In this document: in pieces, positions 60,221 through 64,000 of the stretch
How positions within the stretch are numbered: the stretch's first letter is position 1
Layout of the letters: each line of letters opens with the position of its first letter
IMG/VR virus record: IMGVR_UViG_3300028735_000003
Location: 124,001-188,000 of that record
Strand: one strand, 5' to 3'
Length of the DNA: 64,000 bases
The notes under the pieces: model-generated
What the model was told of the DNA's origin: nothing
Database searches by the model: none
Seen by the model: the letters and a program-made list of their open reading frames with translations, nothing else
Program-made: the position numbers and the translations under genes

Positions 60221-63200
60221 TTATGTTCCAGTTTGTGGTACGTCTTCGTATACAAGCCAACAATCTACTATGGACGTAAATAGGACATTTCTTAACGCAT
60301 CAATCTTTTTCTTATTACTATTGCCATTTTTTGTTGCAGATGGCGGCAAGTGAGCCAGATACTCTTGATAATCTGATGATGCTTGGTGAGAGACCATATC
60401 TCTTGCAAAATTTAATGCTTGTTGAGACGGTGATCTTGGATCTTCTTCATCACTCATATTAATATCTTCAGATTGTAAAGCATAAGGATTTTGTATCCAA
60501 GGCGTAACCGCTTTTACATTAGTATTATATGACGACTTAGGTCCAGCATCGTTATATCCTCTTAATATTTTCATTATCTCATGTTTAAAATCTTGTAGAT
60601 CTTGATTTGGTTCGTTATTATTATCGTAATATGTTCGTAATTGCACTCTAGTGATCTTTGTGATTGCCCCAGAATCATCCTTATTCTTATTTACAAATTG
60701 CTGTGCCAAATACAAAATATTGTTTATTGTTCTCATATTCTGATCACTATATATTGTCTTTGAACTGCTATCTGTGCCTTTTCCATTAATAACTAACTTA
60801 GTAGTTGGATCAAATAAAATAACTCCAAGAGACCGTTCATTTAATGAGCTTTCTTGTCTGTTTATTATTATATTAGCCAAATCTCTGTTGTTATACAACA
60901 TTTTACCCATGATATCCAGTGTTGTTGGAATGTATTCTCCGGGCGCATGACCATATGTCAATTCCAATGTTGTTGTAAATCCTCCTCCATAATTAAAATT
61001 ATGTCTAACAGATTGAACATAAAATAGTAGCCCGCGATCTTCAATGAATACCACTTCTCCAGGTTGCATGAATTCATTTCCAGAGATGGTCACTGATCCT
61101 CTTAAAACTTCTTTTCTGGCTCTACTTAATATCATACTAGCAAATGGAGCACACTGACGATTTGGGTCTTGTAAAAATGGGACATTTATTGGAGCCTGGC
61201 TTCTAAAGCCATAATTGCGCCACATATCATAGTCAACAGCCTGTGCTGTTGTCATAGCATTTCCACCGCTCGGGAAACTAGCTAATCCTTGTGGCAAACC
61301 ACTTGGAGCATATGGGTTCAATGTGCCCTGTACTTCCACGAATGTCATTGGTGGTGGTTGCTCAAAAAATGTCATGCTGAGAATTTGAGCTCTCTTTATA
61401 ACATATCTTTTACCAGAACCAGGACCTAAATCGTCATATGATTCGTCTTCTATCATATGCTCAAATATCTCTGGAATATTAGAGTTGTTGAAATTACCAT
61501 CTGTTAATAACTTATTTGTAATTGATTGATCACTATTCAACGAAGTAGATTCTTTATAGTTCTTTAACAGAGAATAAAATAATTTTACAGCCTTTTGTCT
61601 TTCAGCAATCTTTTCAGAAATATCATTAAAGATCTTGAATACATCTACGGTATAGTTTGCCGCTTGTACTTCGCCAGAAATAACTACTGGTTTAGTAGAT
61701 ATATAATCAGTAACTTTAACTTTGATTCCAGATTTGTCTGATATTCTTTGTGCTATATTTTGTACTACAGTATTCTGTATAACTTTATCAGTTTCATTAA
61801 TACTATACCCGGCAAGAGATAATTTTTTCCCAGATAATACTTCAATTAAAGCCTGAGTTCTTCCGGCAGTATTAAGTATATTTCTTCTCAAAATTGCCTG
61901 TGAATGAATAGTTTCGTACAACTCTAATCCTTGAGAAATATCTTTAGAATCAGGATTAGCTTCTTTTATAATCTTATCTATAGCGGCAATAGCCCCGTTG
62001 TCATTAGATATAAATTCAAAAAATCCAGTATTTCCTGTTTTTGAATCAGTCGAATAACTGCTAATAAATATATAGCACCCCATATCTGTATCGTATCCTA
62101 AAATTGCGCAGTACAGCCTAATATAATCCTCTATTAATTCAATTTGTAGTTTAATCTCTTCAAGTTGATTCTTAAACAGATCAGATAGGAATTCTGGAAA
62201 TACTTGTATTCCCATTTTATCTTTCATATACATCATTCGATAAAATACAGAACTAGGAACCCTATTGTATTGTGGGGGGCGTACCCTTATATGACCTTGC
62301 GTATCACAAAATACTTCTAAATTAAGTAAAGAAGCTACTGTTTTGATATTCTCTTTTACATTGACATAACTATTATTATATAATTTTATATTTGAAAGTT
62401 CTTTATTATATGCAATAATGTCATAGTCCTTATCGTATTGATCATCCACAATGAATAAATTTTTATCATCATTTGCCCTAACATTGTATGACATTCTTCT
62501 TGTAAGATAATTCAGTTGCCTGCGCAATTTCTTTCTCAAGGTATTGCGCTGCGCAACGCCAGTTTCATCTGTCGCAAAATCTGGATCATCCATAATATCA
62601 AATTCTACATCATTGCCGGCAATATTATAGATATCCTCATTTTGAACTACTTGTTCATTTACAAGAGTGTTTATCTCCTTTTCTAACTCTTTAGCTTGAG
62701 TTTTTAGCAAGTTATACATGCCAGAATCTACATCAGCAAAAATACTGTCTTTACTATCATTTAGAATTTCAGCAACACCAAAAATCTTTAATTTATCATA
62801 AATATCTTTAAGTTTATTAAGCTTATCATTTATCTTGTCATTCTGATTTACAATATCAAATTGTCCTTTAAGTCGTTTAGCATATTCTTCTTCATTAACT
62901 GATAAACTTTTGAATGGTATAAAGTTACCCCACAACAGATTATTTCTGGATAATGTGGTTCTTAATGATTCGTAGAATGTAGATGCTGCGCTTCTATTAG
63001 CATTCGGATCATTATTATAATTTGGCGAACTAATTGCCTTCCAATATGTTGCAAAATTGTATGGTAATCCAGTTATTAGCAATGATATAACATTCATTAC
63101 ATCTTGACCAGCAAACGGGTCTTTGTAGATATTTGGAAATCCAACCTTATTCGGACCATTTAAGTCAGAAGAACTTCCATATTGAACTTGTACTCCAATA

Positions 63201-64000
63201 CCTTCTTTCCATTTATATACAAGACCATCTGGTGCATAAAATGTTCTCGTTAATAAACCAGATAATGGATCTGTACTTTTATCTTGTATTACAGATTTTT
63301 CTGTAACCGGTAAGCCAACACTTGGACCATTTTTATGTTTAACTATCGGCTGCTCACCTTTGCCACCATTAGCTGCCTCTAACAATAACCATTTATTCTC
63401 TTCCAATAATTCAGGATTCTCACTTTTAGCATTTGAATTAATAGTATCAAAATTGGTTTTAAATGGAGTTAATGGGTCAAAAACAGCTCCATTAAATACA
63501 TCAACACCAGGATTAAAATTAACCTTACCCATTTCAAAATACTTGGTATTATCAGTACAACGAACATCTATAATGTATTGCCCGTCACGCCAATTATCCT
63601 GTGAAGAATCTATTAACCCAGCAAATACATGAACTCCTTCATTCTCATTTACAAACTGAGAACGAACCATTTGCCAAAGCCATGTCGGGAATTCTCTTCC
63701 TACAAACGCTGACTTTTCTATTTGAAGATCTATACTACCACCTTGATCACTAAACATAGCATCAAAATTCTGAAATGCGTTCTTTAAATCTGATAGTTGT
63801 TGTGTGGCTTTTTGTAAAAAGCCGCCACCATTGAACATGTTTTGCAATCCACCAAGTAATTGATTATCAAACCTACTTCTAGATGTCATATATACATGTA
63901 CAACATCCATTGGCTGAATTATTAGCTTACCGAGAAAATTAAAACGTAATTTACGTCTCGCATACGTAGTGTTTTGGTTAGCAGTTTGAAATGCATTATG
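60221..64000 (-). CDS. Baseplate hub (gp27/late-control-D-like) protein; 5' end outside the window
   Basis: The frame stays open to 64000. VFAGLID, EVFCDTQGHIRVRPP, GSVTISGNEFMQPGEVV...YVQSVRHNF..GGFTTTLEL. Confidence 0.7.
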   Translation of the reverse strand, partial: HNAFQTANQNTTYARRKLRFNFLGKLIIQPMDVVHVYMTSRSRFDNQLLGGLQNMFNGGGFLQKATQQLSDLKNAFQNFDAMFSDQGGSIDLQIEKSAFVGREFPTWLWQMVRSQFVNENEGVHVFAGLIDSSQDNWRDGQYIIDVRCTDNTKYFEMGKVNFNPGVDVFNGAVFDPLTPFKTNFDTINSNAKSENPELLEENKWLLLEAANGGKGEQPIVKHKNGPSVGLPVTEKSVIQDKSTDPLSGLLTRTFYAPDGLVYKWKEGIGVQVQYGSSSDLNGPNKVGFPNIYKDPFAGQDVMNVISLLITGLPYNFATYWKAISSPNYNNDPNANRSAASTFYESLRTTLSRNNLLWGNFIPFKSLSVNEEEYAKRLKGQFDIVNQNDKINDKLNKLKDIYDKLKIFGVAEILNDSKDSIFADVDSGMYNLLKTQAKELEKEINTLVNEQVVQNEDIYNIAGNDVEFDIMDDPDFATDETGVAQRNTLRKKLRRQLNYLTRRMSYNVRANDDKNLFIVDDQYDKDYDIIAYNKELSNIKLYNNSYVNVKENIKTVASLLNLEVFCDTQGHIRVRPPQYNRVPSSVFYRMMYMKDKMGIQVFPEFLSDLFKNQLEEIKLQIELIEDYIRLYCAILGYDTDMGCYIFISSYSTDSKTGNTGFFEFISNDNGAIAAIDKIIKEANPDSKDISQGLELYETIHSQAILRRNILNTAGRTQALIEVLSGKKLSLAGYSINETDKVIQNTVVQNIAQRISDKSGIKVKVTDYISTKPVVISGEVQAANYTVDVFKIFNDISEKIAERQKAVKLFYSLLKNYKESTSLNSDQSITNKLLTDGNFNNSNIPEIFEHMIEDESYDDLGPGSGKRYVIKRAQILSMTFFEQPPPMTFVEVQGTLNPYAPSGLPQGLASFPSGGNAMTTAQAVDYDMWRNYGFRSQAPINVPFLQDPNRQCAPFASMILSRARKEVLRGSVTISGNEFMQPGEVVFIEDRGLLFYVQSVRHNFNYGGGFTTTLELTYGHAPGEYIPTTLDIMGKMLYNNRDLANIIINRQESSLNERSLGVILFDPTTKLVINGKGTDSSSKTIYSDQNMRTINNILYLAQQFVNKNKDDSGAITKITRVQLRTYYDNNNEPNQDLQDFKHEIMKILRGYNDAGPKSSYNTNVKAVTPWIQNPYALQSEDINMSDEEDPRSPSQQALNFARDMVSHQASSDYQEYLAHLPPSATKNGNSNKKKIDALRNVLFTSIVDCWLVYEDVPQTGT

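Noticed and set aside
839-63632. The many short plus-strand and alternate-frame ORFs in the track (e.g. 839..1165, 5287..5478, 10666..10881, 55812..56351)
   Set aside because: They are shadows of long minus-strand genes or of collagen repeats, with no recognisable motifs.
1-64000. Eukaryotic giant virus origin (collagens plus glycosyltransferases), or a bacterial chromosome/eCIS locus
   Set aside because: Sigma factor, DnaB/DnaC, GH25 lysin, Shine-Dalgarno sites, baseplate genes and single-strand dense packing together point to a tailed bacteriophage.
1-64000. Stop-codon reassignment
   Set aside because: Long genes are intact in code 11, and TAA, TAG and TGA all terminate tightly packed genes.
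1-64000. tRNA or rRNA genes; phage-nucleus (chimallin) system implied by the tubulin
   Set aside because: No RNA genes were recognisable by eye in the short intergenic gaps. A tubulin alone does not imply a nucleus, and no shell or multisubunit RNAP gene is recognisable here.

Overview
AT-rich, densely coding 64-kb fragment of a large, probably jumbo, contractile-tailed (myovirus-like) bacteriophage. Standard code 11 fits, and essentially all genes are on the minus strand. In transcription order (right to left) it contains: (1) a baseplate module with a gp27-like hub (cut by the window edge), gp5/VgrG-like spike, gp25-like wedge, a giant baseplate-J protein, a 2387-aa LamG-containing wedge protein and a 1347-aa fibre-like protein; (2) a sugar module (GT4, two GT2, RfbB-like dehydratase) with a possible spanin-like protein; (3) an intein-containing tubulin/FtsZ (PhuZ/TubZ-like) and a GH25 endolysin; (4) a replication/regulation block (intein-containing SF2 helicase, DnaC-like loader, DnaB, two FmdB zinc ribbons, sigma factor, intein-containing class II RNR, intein-containing PIN-PhoH, MetAP); (5) a fibre/adhesin cluster (three collagen proteins, two long fibres, three tandem paralogues) ending in a GT2 that resembles protein/peptide glycosyltransferases. 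Two defective tnpB-only IS200/IS605 copies are present. The standout signal is the tripeptide Asp-Gly-Tyr (DGY). By manual count it occurs about 41 times, only in predicted virion proteins (24 of 30 DG dipeptides in four adjacent fibre proteins), and never in about 7,900 aa of non-structural proteins. It uses varied synonymous codons and sits at non-homologous positions. With four phage glycosyltransferases nearby, this suggests an undescribed sequon- or docking-motif-based virion decoration system, such as tyrosine O-glycosylation. All assignments come from motif recognition by eye; no database searches were run.
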